From: Octopus vulgaris
Lineage: Eukaryota
Assembly: GCA_951406725.2 (NCBI GenBank)
Contig: OX597821.1
Location: forward strand, 35,774,001-35,838,000
Length of the DNA stretch: 64,000 nucleotides
Direction: 5' to 3'
Below, in pieces: positions 1-13,836 of the stretch. The position numbers and the translations under genes were made by a program. Under the pieces are notes generated by a model, which was not told the origin of the DNA, made no database searches, and was given only the letters and a program-made list of their open reading frames with translations. Each line of letters opens with the position of its first letter. Position 1 is the stretch's first letter.

Positions 1-283
1 AATATCCACCTGAACACCATAAACCTCCACAAATATTCTTTGATGATCATCTGGCGAGAGGGAACGCAGCAACTGTAGATGATGCTCTTGATTTCAAAAA
101 GAAAAGGTGGAGAACCATCATGAACGTCTCGGTAGACTTCCTCATTAATTACTCATAACTTATTCATTATTTGTGAAGGTTTTCACGGTGTTCGAGAAGA
201 GATTTCGTCACTAAATACCAGAGATCTTGCTCTTGGGTGAGTGCAACCTGCAACAAGACAATGCATCAGTGCACACATTGCAC

Positions 284-312
284 ATGTGTGTGTGTGTTTC
301 TTTCTATTGTGT

Positions 313-381
<69 letters not shown>
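284..381. repeat. (TG)n microsatellite
   Basis: Direct reading. One of dozens of (TG)n/(TA)n/(TATG)n tracts in the window. Confidence 0.95.
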
Positions 382-384
<3 letters not shown>

Positions 385-745
385 TGACGAAAGATTGTAA
401 GCGAGAGGTGAAACAACGGATAGAAAGCTCTGCTGACAATGAATGCACATATTCATAGGCAGACACATTCAGTTACGGTCAGATCGACTAAGATTTCTCT
501 ATGATAGATATTATGACAGCTAGTGATCTTAAGGACTTCAAAAATATGATACTGGACATCCGGCTAGCGACTAGTTTTTGTTAACTCGGTTGAATATACG
601 TCAATAAAAGTGTGTTACATGACACGGATATAAATTCATGTCTTTTGTTTAATAGTATTTAAACTGAGGAGCTACGGTTTTCTGAGCTCTCATTAAACAA
701 GGCTACGTACTAAACACACTGTTTATGTTTGAGAGGAATACGACA

Positions 746-768
746 ATGCCTTACAGAAGAAGGTCAGA
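746..768 (+). CDS. Candidate first coding exon of the M13 peptidase gene (MPYRRRS-D)
   Basis: ACA-ATG CCT TAC AGA AGA AGG TCA GA|GTGAGT. Strong donor in phase 2, which matches the phase-2 acceptor of the TM exon at 40838. Implies a ~40-kb intron. No transcript evidence. Confidence 0.4.
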
Positions 769-1549
769 GTGAGTTTTTTCATTTTATTTTCCATGTCTAT
801 GATTTTATGTTGCCGAAGGAAATATGTAGTATATGCTTGTTTGATCTAATTAATATAAACATTTGAAAGGGAAAATAATAGACACTCATTCATGTTTTTT
901 CTTCTACAGATAATTATCAATGGAACGATTTGATATTAGCTAATATTAAATCTGTTGTTCAAGTGTATCGAGCAAGATTAGAGGAGTTTTGGAATTACGT
1001 ATATGGTATAATTCTAATAATATTTGTCTATGTTTTCTGGTGAAGAGGAAAGGTGATATACGTAAAGGTTTATATTACTAGATAGGAAGACGTATACATG
1101 TGCCACGTCATTTAGTAAATTTTGGAACTACACGCATACATGTCCTGTTTGCTTATACTCCGAGACAATTATCGGTGTAGAAGAGGGTTTAGAAACCCAA
1201 AATATATGTTGTTTTTTGAGGAAACAGTGACCATTTTGTGATTAATTGAGTAAGGGAGAAAAGAGTTGAATTCTTTACTGGTCTCAATAGAAGTTGTTAA
1301 CTCGTATCAGTAAGATTTTGATACGTGGGTCAAGTTGTTTGTCTTTGGAGCTTTGTACTAAAATTAGCCAAATTTAGCCAAAAGTTTGACGAAAGCAGGT
1401 CAGTGGCTAGCTGCTCTCTTAGAGAATTGTCCCCCGAACAACTTGTGTATATAGCCACTGAACATATTGTTCATACAGCCATTGCATACAACGGAGTAAA
1501 GCTATTCGATATACCAATTTATATATTAAACACATTCTTGTAGGGTTAG

Positions 1550-1601
1550 ATGAGTGCTGATGAAGGGGCAAGACCCCACGAAATATGGCATTTAAACTCA
1601 T
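1550..1601 (+). ncRNA. Degenerate type I hammerhead ribozyme-like motif
   Basis: atgagtg-CTGATGA-a-GGGG-caaga-CCCC-ac-GAAA-tatggc-att-taa-actcat. Canonical core, 4-bp stem II, offset stem I. Confidence 0.5.
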
Positions 1602-2415
1602 TACCTATTTTTGTCTCCGATTTCATTGTTTGCTTACATTTGACGTTTCGATACGAATCGTTGTAGATATAATCAGTGCTGGCTATAATTCCTGTAGAAA
1701 TAACCTTTACAAAATAATGTAAAGAGTACTGCTAACGCAGAAGGACGTGATGTCGCCTCATAAAAAACATTTAATATACTTTATATTATATTATATTTTC
1801 ATAACGAAATTCCACATGTCTTCAACTCTTTAATATAAATATATATATTGTATAGTTTTTCCTTCGACTGAGCTTTTCCTTCGACTTTAGGGCATGTTAG
1901 CATTTGACCTAAATTCTCCAAGAAGGCAGATAGCCGGTGCCATGCTGTCATAAAATTTTATATTTTGGCTATTTTTCGAACACAAGTCCAAAGACAAATA
2001 ACTTGGAACACACAAACTGAAAGAAGACACATACGACAATTAAGCCGAAAGGCGAATATACTAACATACACTCATACACACTCTCACACACAGACACACA
2101 CACAAAATGCATGTTGCTAACTTAGTATATAATGAACATTCAATGCATTGGAATGAAAAGATAAATATGTCGACTTTGGCCCTAATTAGATTTCTCCCTT
2201 CGGTAATCATAATGCAATTTTTAATTCCATAATAAACAAAGGTATTACGTAATTGACAGTTATGTAAATTAATTGATTTTGAAAACATAATGCGAATGTT
2301 TAAAAAACCACCAATTCTACGATAAATGCACAGACGAGCAATGTAATGAATATTTTTAAAATAGGCTGACCTTCAAAATAGAATTTCAAGGTTGTCTAAT
2401 ACATATCACAATATT

Positions 2416-2491
<76 letters not shown>

Positions 2492-2508
2492 GTATGTATG
2501 CATGTATG

Positions 2509-2565
<57 letters not shown>

Positions 2566-4409
2566 TGGCCTAGCCCATTATTATATAGTTAAGTAGATTT
2601 CGGATCCGGGACGCCTATTATTTGAGACGTGCAAGGTTCAGTAACTGCCTACTGACAACTTTTCTCTTGTGGGTTTATTGTCAATTGGCAATTGTCAATA
2701 CAGTTTCCACAGCGAATTATTTGCTGTAAAAAATTTACCCACTTTGAAGTTTCCTTATAAAATCATATACACACATGCACATACACACATGTAAACATTT
2801 AGACATATACATATATAGAGAGGGAGATTTAGACGTATACATATACACACACATATATATCTATATATGTAAACCTCTCGACCAGTTTAGACCTACGCTT
2901 AAATAACCACAGCAAAACACAATTCCTTACATGTCATTTTAATATCTTCCATTTTCTCCACACCCGTATTTACATATACTAATATCCTACGTAAATGAAT
3001 TAGAATTTGTAAAATTATAATGTTCAAACAATCCGAACGACAATAAACTATATAGGTGCAAAATGGTACACACGACAGCGCTTGACTATCTCTGTTACAA
3101 AACGAAACTGATCATAAAATAAATAGAAGATCAGGTGCAGATTCGTGGAGACGGAAATGATTGTTCTTTTGTAAACTAGATACAAGGAGTAATAGCCACG
3201 AAAAACACAATCTAATGGCAAAAATATATACATCTTCCCAGACATCTACAATATGTCATAAGAACGTTTCTTCTGCAGCCCAACCATAAAAAAAAGAAAC
3301 GGTGGAATATTTTCAACAAGTGTCTTCCTGAGTTTTTCGTTTTGTATATCTGTAATGATAAAAGCAGTAGACAACTAGACACTGATGCATTGTATGTTTT
3401 CACTGTATACCTCTCTAACGAAACCAATACGATTATTAAGACACTATTTGAATATCTTACTCCAATCGTCTGCTCGACGTTGTCAGGCGTATTGTTAAAC
3501 AAAAGATCAACAGTATATGCGATTAAACGAAAAATGCAGGAGAATATATGTCCAAACAATTGCAAACCTGAGTTTTTGCTGCACGCTCCTCGGAGAATGG
3601 TATATTGAACACTATTGAGAAACTAGAATATCTGAAACAACAGATGTATGGGTTAATCCTCTTTATTCGACGGGCGACTTAAATGACTTGCGTTTGTTTT
3701 CGGCCACAAAATCATTGACATGAAAAAGCAAAAACTAAATGTTTAAAAATTCATCTGACCTCTTTCCATATAATATAGTCGTATCCTTTTTCATATAGCT
3801 ACAGTCTGTTTCGTTCGTAGCTTTGGTTAATAATAGCTTAGACAACCGTATCTCCTCAGTTAAAATACTATAAAACAGACGACAAAATAAATTTATATCC
3901 GTGCTATGTAATAAAGCTGACATATATTCAAACGAGTTAACAATGACTAATCGCTACACGGATGTCCAGTATCATATTTTTGAAGTCCATGATATCATTA
4001 GCTGTCATAAATTAATATCAATCAATCTTTTCCTCTACCTGTATACGTGTTTATATGAATCTGTGCATTTTGTCTCCTACACCTCATGCGCTCACACATA
4101 CACACACGTGCGCACGCGCAGATTTTAGAAACTATCATTTGCCTGTATATGTGTGTGCACGCGCGTACGTATAGGTGAGTGTGTGAGCATGTGTCAGTGA
4201 TGACATTGTTATTACGTTACAGGGGAGAGTTAAGCAGTGGTAAGCAGTGGTAAGTAAAATTGCAATGGTATTATCAGTGCGAATATGCTTGATGCACGTT
4301 CGAACTGGAGAACAAGCTACTTACTGCGGTTTGTCACATAAAATATATACTGTTTGTTGACAAATGGTGTGTATACACCAATATCACCTCACAGCGCCGT
4401 CTACCTTGA

Positions 4410-4455
4410 CCGTGAGATGCGAGTATTTCAGAGTATATCTGGTCTTCGGTCACGG
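4410..4455 (-). ncRNA. Type I hammerhead-like motif with CCGAAGA core
   Basis: Minus strand: ccgtga-CCGAAGA-ccAGAtatacTCT-GAAAT-actcgc-ATC-tcacgg. Perfect 6-bp stem I and an AUC triplet. Confidence 0.65.
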
Positions 4456-4517
4456 ACACTTACGAGCTGATATAAAATATAAATTAAAAATTATATAATA
4501 TAATAATAAATTATATA

Positions 4518-5445
4518 TACTCTTACTCCCTTTTACTCTTTTAATTGTTTCTGTCATTTGACTGCGGCCATGCTGGAGCACCGCCTTTAGTCGAGCAAAT
4601 CGACTCCAAGACTTATTATTTGTAATGTAAGCCTAGTACTTATTCTATCGGTCTCTTTTGCCGAACCGCTAAGTTACAGGGACGTCAACACACCAGCATC
4701 GGTTCTCAAGCGATGGGGGGGAGTGACAAACACAGACACACACATACACACACAAACATACATATATATTTATATGTATATTGGAAGGTTTGGAGATGAT
4801 GTACAGGTATTATATATTAGAAGAAATGAGGTAATCAGAAGATCGGGTGGTTTATATTTACAGATATTTATTTATATATTACATTTTTTACATATATATC
4901 ATATCACTTAGATCATTAGCGCTTTCTCCCATTCTAGTGGGGTTTTCAATTCAAAATAAGTTCCTTTCTGGGGAATTTTAATCATTTAATAGTTTCGTAG
5001 TGGTGGGGAGGAATGTAAGACAGTACAAGAGGGTGAGGTGGATGAGGAGAAAGTGAGAGAGAGAACATGTGTGTGTGTGTGTGTATGTGTGTGTGTGTTT
5101 GTATCTGAGGTGAGTGCTAAAGAGAAAGAGGGGAAGGGAGAGGGAAGAAGAAGGAAATAATTTTTTTGGTCTGCTGGACAGAATATTGATTCCAAGGGGA
5201 TTCTAAGAATTTCAGCTTTGACCACTTCACAGTGTCACTGAGTGTGTGGTGGCGGGGAGGTAGGCCATTATATATATATATGTGACGCGCTTCTTTCAGT
5301 TTTCATCTACCAAATCCACTCACAAGGTTTGGTCGGCCCGAGGCTGTAGTAGAAGATACTTGCCCAAAGTGCCACGCATTGGGACTGAACCCGGAACCAT
5401 GTGGTTCGTAAGCAAGCTATTTACCGCACAGCCACTCTTACGTCT
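4518..5445 (-). mobile_element. tRNA-derived SINE split into two parts (4518-~4780 and 5283-5445) by a ~500-bp insertion in its internal (TA)n tract
   Basis: Both halves match the full-length SINE copies at 10153-10590 and 44767-45174, in the correct order and orientation. Confidence 0.8.
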
Positions 5446-6249
5446 ATATGTTGAAAATATTTTTGCGTGTATATAAGATTTTATCTATGATTGTGCTGCA
5501 AAAAGCATTTACTCTCCACAGTATTACAGATGTAAATATTCTGAGAATACATATGAGAAGATGTAAATATTCTTGCGATCAGATTGTACTTTATGTAGCT
5601 GTTACACCATGTAGCTTAATTCTCTAAAGAAAATCATTGCCGCCCCAACAAATTTGCTACATATCCTGTATTACTTCTACTATCAAGTTTTGTAACACAG
5701 TCATTCAAGCGCTGTCATGTGTAGCATTTTGTTCGTATGTAGTTTATTGTTGTTTAGGTAGTTTCCAAATTATAATTTTACGAAACATGTTCAAATTCAC
5801 TGACGTAGGATAATAGTACTTGTGAATACTAGTGTGGAGAATATCGTTGAAATTATACTGCTATGTAATATTCATACGAGGCTGCGTTTTGCTGTGATTA
5901 CTTAACCGTAGGCCTAAACTGATCGAGAGATGGTATGATAGAAGACATTTCAAATCTGATCATACCGTTTCTTTCATAGGAGAAACACATGATCATTTGA
6001 TATAACATTTTTCCTCAGAAAGCACCGTGTGATGTAACGGATATTTAGCCACTATGTTAAGCAGATTGAGAAACAACATAAAAACACCTCTCTTGCATCT
6101 GTAAGTGCATAAATATTTAATTCTTCTACCGTTTTACTCTCTATATCCTGTACAAACATACATGCATACATACATACATGCATATACATTTATAAAAAAT
6201 CATATGCGTACATGTATAAATGTATATGATATTATATATATATATGTAT

Positions 6250-6281
<32 letters not shown>

Positions 6282-6284
6282 AAA

Positions 6285-6490
6285 TGGACGCGCAATGGCT
6301 CGCTGGTTAGGACAGTGGACTCGCGGTCGGAGGATCGCGGTTTCGATTCCCAGATCGGGCGTTGTGTGTTTATTGAGCGAAAACACCTGAAGCTCCACGA
6401 GGCTCCGGCATGGCGGGGGGGACCCCTGTTGTACTCTTTCGTCCGAACTTTCTCTCACTCTTTCGTCCTGTTTCTTGAGTAACGCTGAAA
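6285..6490 (+). mobile_element. tRNA-derived SINE (different family)
   Basis: Box A/B-like head TGGCTCGCTGG...GGTTTCGATTCC followed by gtgtgtttattgagcgaaaacac. Related to the copy at 26673-26925. Confidence 0.65.
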
Positions 6491-6493
6491 AGA

Positions 6494-6570
<77 letters not shown>

Positions 6571-6840
6571 GTTACAGATAATGAAGTAAATTTCGAACGC
6601 CAGATTCCTTATATGTGAGAAGTACAGGGATCGATTTCCTGTAAATGCCTACTGACAACATTTTTTCCGCCTTTTAGAGGAATTTAACCAATTTTCTAAA
6701 CTCTTTGTAATCAAAACTCTTTATATTCGACGCTTCTAAGTTTGCTTATAAGATATACACATATAAATACACATATACATATATACATATATACATATAT
6801 GCATACGTACGTACATACATACATATAGGTATACATTCAT

Positions 6841-6933
<93 letters not shown>

Positions 6934-6944
6934 CATACAAACAT

Positions 6945-7116
6945 ACATACATATACATATGTATTCCTGGCTCAAAAGGTATCCTGAAAGGCTATGGAGA
7001 CAAAGTTCTGTTCTTTTACAGGGCTTGGAAAAACTATGCGACCGCTGAACAAAATGTTAATTAACTGGTCTCCTGTTTTATTTACCTATAATACTCCTAT
7101 ATCGTATTGTATGCCA

Positions 7117-7160
<44 letters not shown>

Positions 7161-7297
7161 AAATGTTTGAAATCTTTGTACAATTGGGTATATATGATAA
7201 AGGAAAAGAGTGTGTTTTTTTAAACTAGTGAGATTGTATGTTGTATAACATTTGGGATTGTATTAAACGCATTTTAGAAATAGTAGTAGTAGTAGTA

Positions 7298-7362
<65 letters not shown>

Positions 7363-7560
7363 GTATATATATATATATATATACATACATACATATACAT
7401 ATGTATTCCTGGCTCAAAAGGTAACCTGAAAGGCTAGGCTGGAGACACAAAGTTCCGAGTTCTTTTACAGCGCTTAGAAAAACCATACGACCGCTGAACA
7501 AAATGTTAATTAACTGGTCTTCTTGTACTTTTTTTGTTACCTGAAGCGTAATACTTCTCA
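6945..7560. repeat. Two diverged direct copies (~6945-7090 and ~7385-7535) of a mariner-end-like sequence
   Basis: gtattcctggctcaaaaggt...ttcttttacag.gctt.gaaaa...gaccgctgaacaaaatgttaattaactggtct occurs twice and resembles the MITE at 39718-39934. Confidence 0.75.
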
Positions 7561-7584
7561 GTATATCTCAGTATATATATATAC

Positions 7585-7618
<34 letters not shown>

Positions 7619-7634
7619 GTATATATATAGTAGT

Positions 7635-7665
<31 letters not shown>

Positions 7666-7676
7666 CCAGTAGTAGC

Positions 7677-7730
<54 letters not shown>

Positions 7731-8111
7731 TATATATATGACAAATGAAAGACGGAAGATGGAATATAGGAGAATTATATAAATATATATATATGTAGAG
7801 AAATAATAGTAGTAGTAACATATATTCCTACTATATATTTGTAAAAAGGGCGGACGGTGCCTCACAAGCAGTTGCGCAGGCAAAAGTGTTAGTAAATGTT
7901 GTCAGATTGAGCTGAAAATTTCCGTAACTATGTTTAAAAGTGGTGGAGAGTTTACTTGGCAACTTTGAGTTTTCTGAATTAGGGCAAAATTACTCATCTT
8001 TAAAATGCGGCCCGAGTGGACGGAGTAGACCAAGTAGAATGAAATCGGGTGATAATACTAATATATATATATGTGTGTGTGTGTGTGTGTATGTATGTAC
8101 GTACGTATATA

Positions 8112-8272
8112 TGGTTGTAAGAGTGGCTGTGTGATTAGAAGCCTCCTTCCTAAACATATGGTTCCGGGGTCAGTGCCACTGCGTGGAGCTTTGGGCGAGT
8201 ATCTTCTGCAACAGCTACGGGCCGACCAGAGCCTTGTTAGTGGATTTAGTAAACGAAAACCCAAAGCAGCCC

Positions 8273-8322
<50 letters not shown>

Positions 8323-8328
8323 AGAGAG

Positions 8329-8368
<40 letters not shown>

Positions 8369-8530
8369 CGATAGATAGATAGATAGATAGATAGATATAG
8401 ATAGATAGTATAGTGTGTGTGTGTATCTATGTGTGTGTGTGTCTTTATGTCTGTAATTGTCACCCACCACCGCTTGACAACCTTTGTTGATATGGTTAAG
8501 TTCTCGTAAGCTAGTGGTTCGGCATAAGAG
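8112..8530 (+). mobile_element. tRNA-derived SINE, degraded copy
   Basis: Similarity to 44767-45174, with an expanded internal TA/GATA tract. Confidence 0.8.
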
Positions 8531-8549
8531 CACGATATATACATATACT

Positions 8550-8925
8550 GACAGGCGAGGTAACCGGCTCATGACCGTGTCTATGATTACTAGACTAGGC
8601 CTAGTTTCGCCTGTACCGTGGGTGGGCATCGTCGATACTGACTGCTCAAACGGCCGATGGTCGCTACTTCGACACTTCGTGGTTAAACTATCTTGCCGAA
8701 GGGATATGAAACAACATTCAAAGGCAGTCTGGCTTGATGTTTTAGACGGAGACGGTCTAGGTCACTATTGATGCGGAAATTATTTCTGCTGGTTTCGTGT
8801 TTTCGCATCAACGGCTCAGATCTCATCAAGCATCCAATTAAGCAGCTCAGATGTTGGTATGAGTACTGGCACTGCAGCCACATTGTAGGTCACTGTTTTA
8901 TTGAATGTAGAGAGTTCCGAGGTCC
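8550..8925 (-). mobile_element. Probable Penelope-like 3' fragment with a hammerhead-like motif at 8588-8640
   Basis: Minus strand: cagta-TCGACGA-tGCC...GGC-GAAACTAG-gc-CTAGTC-tagta. Palindromic stem III and GUC triplet, downstream of a GC-richer decayed coding-like segment. Confidence 0.5.
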
Positions 8926-8959
8926 ATTTTTTTTGTCTTTAATATTCTTATGTATGTAC

Positions 8960-8990
<31 letters not shown>

Positions 8991-9004
8991 TGTATGTATG
9001 TATG

Positions 9005-9038
<34 letters not shown>

Positions 9039-9149
9039 TTTATGTATGTATGTATGTATGCATGCATGCATGCATGTATGTATGTATGTATGTATGTATG
9101 TATGTATGTATGTATGTATGTATGAATGCATGTATTATGTATGTATGAA

Positions 9150-10030
9150 TATATGTCATTATTCAGTATATTTCAAGAGTCCTTGCCAATAGAGAGAGAA
9201 CCGGTTTCTAATCTAGATCCAAGTTTCCGTCATTGGAATTTCAACATCAACAACGGGGTATTTTTGTTTGTATGTATGCATGCATGTATATATGCATACA
9301 TGTATGTATGTATGTATGTATGTATGTATGTATGTATGTATGTATGTACGTGCAGATTTGTATGTCTTATGTATGCATTCTCATGTATAAAATTACATAT
9401 CAAAACATGCTTGTATATATTTAAATGATAAACTTCGGTAAAGTTTTACAGATTTTTACACTTCCAGTGATGGATTGGATCTGTAGTCTTCGAATTAGCT
9501 TTCTCTTTTCTGGTTTTGAGAAACCTAATTTCTCAAGATTGATATTTAGGCAATGTGGTATATATCCCAGGGCCCCAATAATTACAGTTATAAACCTGAA
9601 ATTGTAATCTGGATAGGATAACCGCAGAATTCTCAATTGTTCAGCATAGGTGTTCTCTTTCTCACTGACCTTCAGTTTTATGTTAACTTCCGCTGTGTAG
9701 CTAATTTCCACAACTGTGCACAGTCTCTCTTCCCTAGCCCAAATCATTATATCAGGTCTGTTGTGCTTATATTTTTTTGAGGTCTTCACTGGTACATTCC
9801 ACCAGTATTCCTTTTTATTATGAGTGTCATGGCTTCTACCATTGTCCGCCCGACAGATTCCATTATAGAATGTCCTAGCTACAACGTCATGTATCATCGA
9901 TTGATAATACCGTTTATGATGTAGGTGATATCTTCACTGATAACACCACAAATTCTGCATCGGTTAAGGCTTTTCCTGCATTTTTATCCCTTTTGTCATC
10001 AGGTATTGTTTGATATTTCCTTTTCCTGTA
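9150..10030 (-). mobile_element. 3' part of an RLE-type (R4/NeSL-like) non-LTR retrotransposon
   Basis: ORF 9421-9897 contains HDVVAR, HNRPDIMIW, VVEISY, K..TY..L and VIIGALG (PD-(D/E)xK restriction-like endonuclease). The 3' UTR contains and ends in (CATA)n. Confidence 0.85.
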
Positions 10031-10152
10031 TGTATGTATGTATGTATGTATGTATGCACGTATGTATGTAAGTATGTATGTATGTATGTATGTTTGTATG
10101 TATGTATGTAAGTTGGTGCAAACAGGAAAAGTATAAGTCAAAAATATGAATA

Positions 10153-10370
10153 TACCCTTTTACTATTTTACTCTTTTACTTGTTTCAGTCATTTGACTGC
10201 GGCCATGCGGGAGCACCGTCTTTAGTCGAGCAAATCGACCCCAGGACTTATTCTTTGTAAGCCTAGTACTTACTCTATCGGTCTCTTTTGCCGAACCGCT
10301 AAGTTACGGTGACGTAAACACACCAGCATCGGTTGTCAAGCGATGTTGGGGAGACAAGCACAGACACACA

Positions 10371-10406
<36 letters not shown>

Positions 10407-10590
10407 CATACATATATACATATATATACGACGGGCTTCTTTCAGTTCTCATATACCAAATCCACTCACAAGGCTTTGGTCGGCCCGAGGCTATAGAAGA
10501 AGACACTTGCCCAAGGTGCCACGCAGTGGGACTGAACCCAGAACTATGTGGTTGGTAAGCAAGCTACTTACCACACAGCCACTCCTACGT
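10153..10590 (-). mobile_element. Full-length tRNA-derived SINE
   Basis: Head GGAGTGGCTGTGTGG...GGGTTCAGTCCC (box A/B), internal microsatellite, (AGTAAAAG)n tail. Confidence 0.9.
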
Positions 10591-10615
10591 AAATTTTCAT
10601 TAACATTTATGTATG

Positions 10616-10646
<31 letters not shown>

Positions 10647-11107
10647 CTCACCTTCAGAGTATGTATGCGATGCTGGCACTGTATGTATGTATGTATGTAT
10701 GTGTGTGTGTATGTGTGTATGTATGTGTGTATGTGTGTATATATGTATGTATGTATATATATATGTGTATATATATATATATATATATACACAAAAATAC
10801 ACACACACATATATACATATATATTTGGCCCCAAAATAAACTTTATAAAAGAGACGATTAAAATATGTCATTTAAGAAAATGTTGAATTCTTATCACATA
10901 ACAATTAACATTCATACCAATGTAATTTGTATACAATCGCAAATCCTTAGAAAATTAATACTATTGTGACATAGCTCCATGTAGCCTAAAGACTTCGCAT
11001 AAGCTATTCATCCGTCATACGACGTCAAAACCGACCACCACTCAGAAAGTATGAAATAAATGAGAAAAGAAGGAGTGTCAGAAATAGAGACAGAAAGAAA
11101 GAGAGAT

Positions 11108-11156
<49 letters not shown>

Positions 11157-11419
11157 GAGTTTCATACTAATGTGTAGCTGCTTTACAATATAGGTGTGAC
11201 ATAAATGAATATATGCAGATCACACCTTTCAAAAAAAACAAAAACAAATATGTTTACTTGAAGTAAACGAGTGAAGGTCTCTTAGACGTTTCCAGAATAG
11301 CAATCATTTCTCCCACAAATCACACTACTCTACTGTTTAAAATTAGAAAAGGTAACATTGTTGATCTACAATCTGTGGGCGTGTGAATATATATATATAT
11401 ATATATAGTCATTCCAACA

Positions 11420-11605
11420 CCTACCCCAAAAAAAGCCCAGGAACAAAGACCAGAAAAAAGCAACAATGCGAGTATTAGAAGGAAAGATAGCTGGTTTTAC
11501 GTTTCGAGCAAAGCTCCTCGTCAGAAGCAGGAGATGGAAGAAAGTCCAAGAGAAAGGAAAGACGAAGGAAAAATCGCCAACGATTCACATATGGTTGCAT
11601 TTACA
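11420..11605 (-). mobile_element. Short Penelope pLTR-like element in (TA)n with a minimal hammerhead at 11491-11530
   Basis: Minus strand: CTGACGA-g-GAGC-ttt-GCTC-GAAAC-GTA. Loopless palindromic stem III. Same family as 34720-34930 and 36695-36880. Confidence 0.75.
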
Positions 11606-11694
11606 CGTATATATATATATATATATATATATACATAGACATAATAGGCACACACACGCACACACACAAATGCACACACACACACACACACACA

Positions 11695-11758
<64 letters not shown>

Positions 11759-11981
11759 AATGTAAATTATATACATATAATATTAGATATGTACATATAT
11801 ATATACACAAGGCCACTACATTAGCACCTACAATAGCTAAAAAATAGAAGTCACAAATACTCCTGTACCACCGAATAGTCACAAATCTACTAGGACATGA
11901 TAGGAAAAGTTTTATTAATTTACCTGTACGGCTGATAATTCGCTTGCCACTCGTGATGGTATTTTAATAATACCATCCCTA

Positions 11982-12024
<43 letters not shown>

Positions 12025-12143
12025 TTAGAGATAAAACCACTATTAGGCAAATCAAACAGGGAAAAACATAAGCCAATACATAAAATTAATTTAAAAATAT
12101 AAAAGTTAAAAATAAAAGATTATTTAAATAATTTAAACTTATA

Positions 12144-12202
<59 letters not shown>

Positions 12203-12584
12203 TATATATATGTATGTATGTATATTTTTATATTTATATATTATTTATTAATTAATTAATTAATTTATTTATTTATTTATTTATTTTAATTCTTTTTTTT
12301 AAATATCAAAAGTATTAAAAGTTTAATAAAAGATAAAGAGTAAAACACTACGATCGTTTCATGGCTGTACTAATTCGAATAACAATAATTTAAATTCAAT
12401 TAATAATTCGAGTTATGGTTACATGTATGTATGTATGCATGTATGTATGTATGTATGTATGTATGTGTGTATGTATGTATGTACGTATGTATGTATGTAC
12501 ATATATATATACATATATATATATATGTGTGTGTGTCTGTGTACCAGAGTAAGCACATAAATGTGAAGCATGGTGGAGAAAATA

Positions 12585-12779
12585 GTACTCGTAGACCGAG
12601 GGTAGAATAACATGCTTTATTACTAATACTGCAAATGCATCACAAACAACTGTTACTGAAAGTTTCACGTTACAGTTCGTCGGACAGTTTTGGTTGAGAA
12701 TCAAAACTGTCTCAATTGAAACTGCTCGATGAAAATCTGTGTAGCAGTCTTATGATGTCTTTGCAGTTTTAGTAATAAA

Positions 12780-12782
<3 letters not shown>
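12585..12782. mobile_element. Fold-back element with a hammerhead (CCGACGA core) on the minus strand at 12648-12689
   Basis: Arms ctttattactaatactgcaaa... and ...tttgcagttttagtaataaag around the central hairpin gacagttttggtt/aatcaaaactgtc. Motif: aactgt-CCGACGA-ACtgtaacGT-GAAAC-tttca-GTA-acagtt. Confidence 0.7.
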
Positions 12783-12841
<59 letters not shown>

Positions 12842-13026
12842 TTCTCATTTTGTATTATTAATTTATGGTAAAAATAATTTTACCGTTGCCCACATAATAC
12901 AGTAAATAAATTAATTGCATCGCAATTCTTAACATTTATGTATTAGCTTTGTTGGGTACTTATCTAGCAGTATATTGGATATATGTTATCCCATGGAGGG
13001 TTGAATTTACAACCCCTATCTCAATT

Positions 13027-13064
<38 letters not shown>

Positions 13065-13184
13065 ATACATACATGCATACATGCATACATACATGCATAT
13101 ATACATATATATGTGTGTGTCTGTGTGTGTATGTGTGCGGGAATTCGTTGCAATTCTCCCTTAGGCTACATGATCGTCTATAAA

Positions 13185-13484
13185 CCTATTCTTTTCTTCT
13201 TTTACTTGTTTCAGTCATTTGAAGGCGGTCATGTTAGAGCACCACTTTTAGTCTAACAACTCAAACCCCAGCACTTACTCTTTGTAAGCCTAGTATTTAT
13301 TCTACCAGTCTCTTAACGAACCGCTAAGTTACGGGTACGTAAATACACAAATATCAGTTATAAAGCGAAGGTGAAGTGAGGACAAACACAGCGTCACACA
13401 ATATATATGGTTACAAAAGCCATCTTTTGTCAGTAAAACCTGTTTACCCAACAGTTGTATTGCTGCAATAAAAAAACAAATATA

Positions 13485-13515
<31 letters not shown>

Positions 13516-13793
13516 AAACAATAGGGTAATAAGAAATTATTATTACCAGTGGCCTAGCACAAAAACGAATTAGTCATTAGATTATATAATATTCACATAG
13601 AGATACAAGAGGCTTCCAAATAGGAAAACTTTGCTGGAAATAATTAGAAACCATGGTCTGGGAAATAATTGTTGAGATGGTAAACGTTTTTAATTTTCAT
13701 TCCTTTCGGGAATTTATCCTTAATTGGTGGTTTGAATTTTCTACTGCTCTTTCTAGCACAAGGTTTTCCTATTTGGAAGCCACTTGTTGTATT

Positions 13794-13836
<43 letters not shown>

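Noticed and set aside
3212-3923. Non-repetitive ORFs of 60-117 aa on both strands
   Set aside because: No recognisable motif or convincing splice pair.
12345-12370. GAAAC-GATC-GTA half-hammerhead on the minus strand
   Set aside because: The CUGANGA half is missing; a fragment only.
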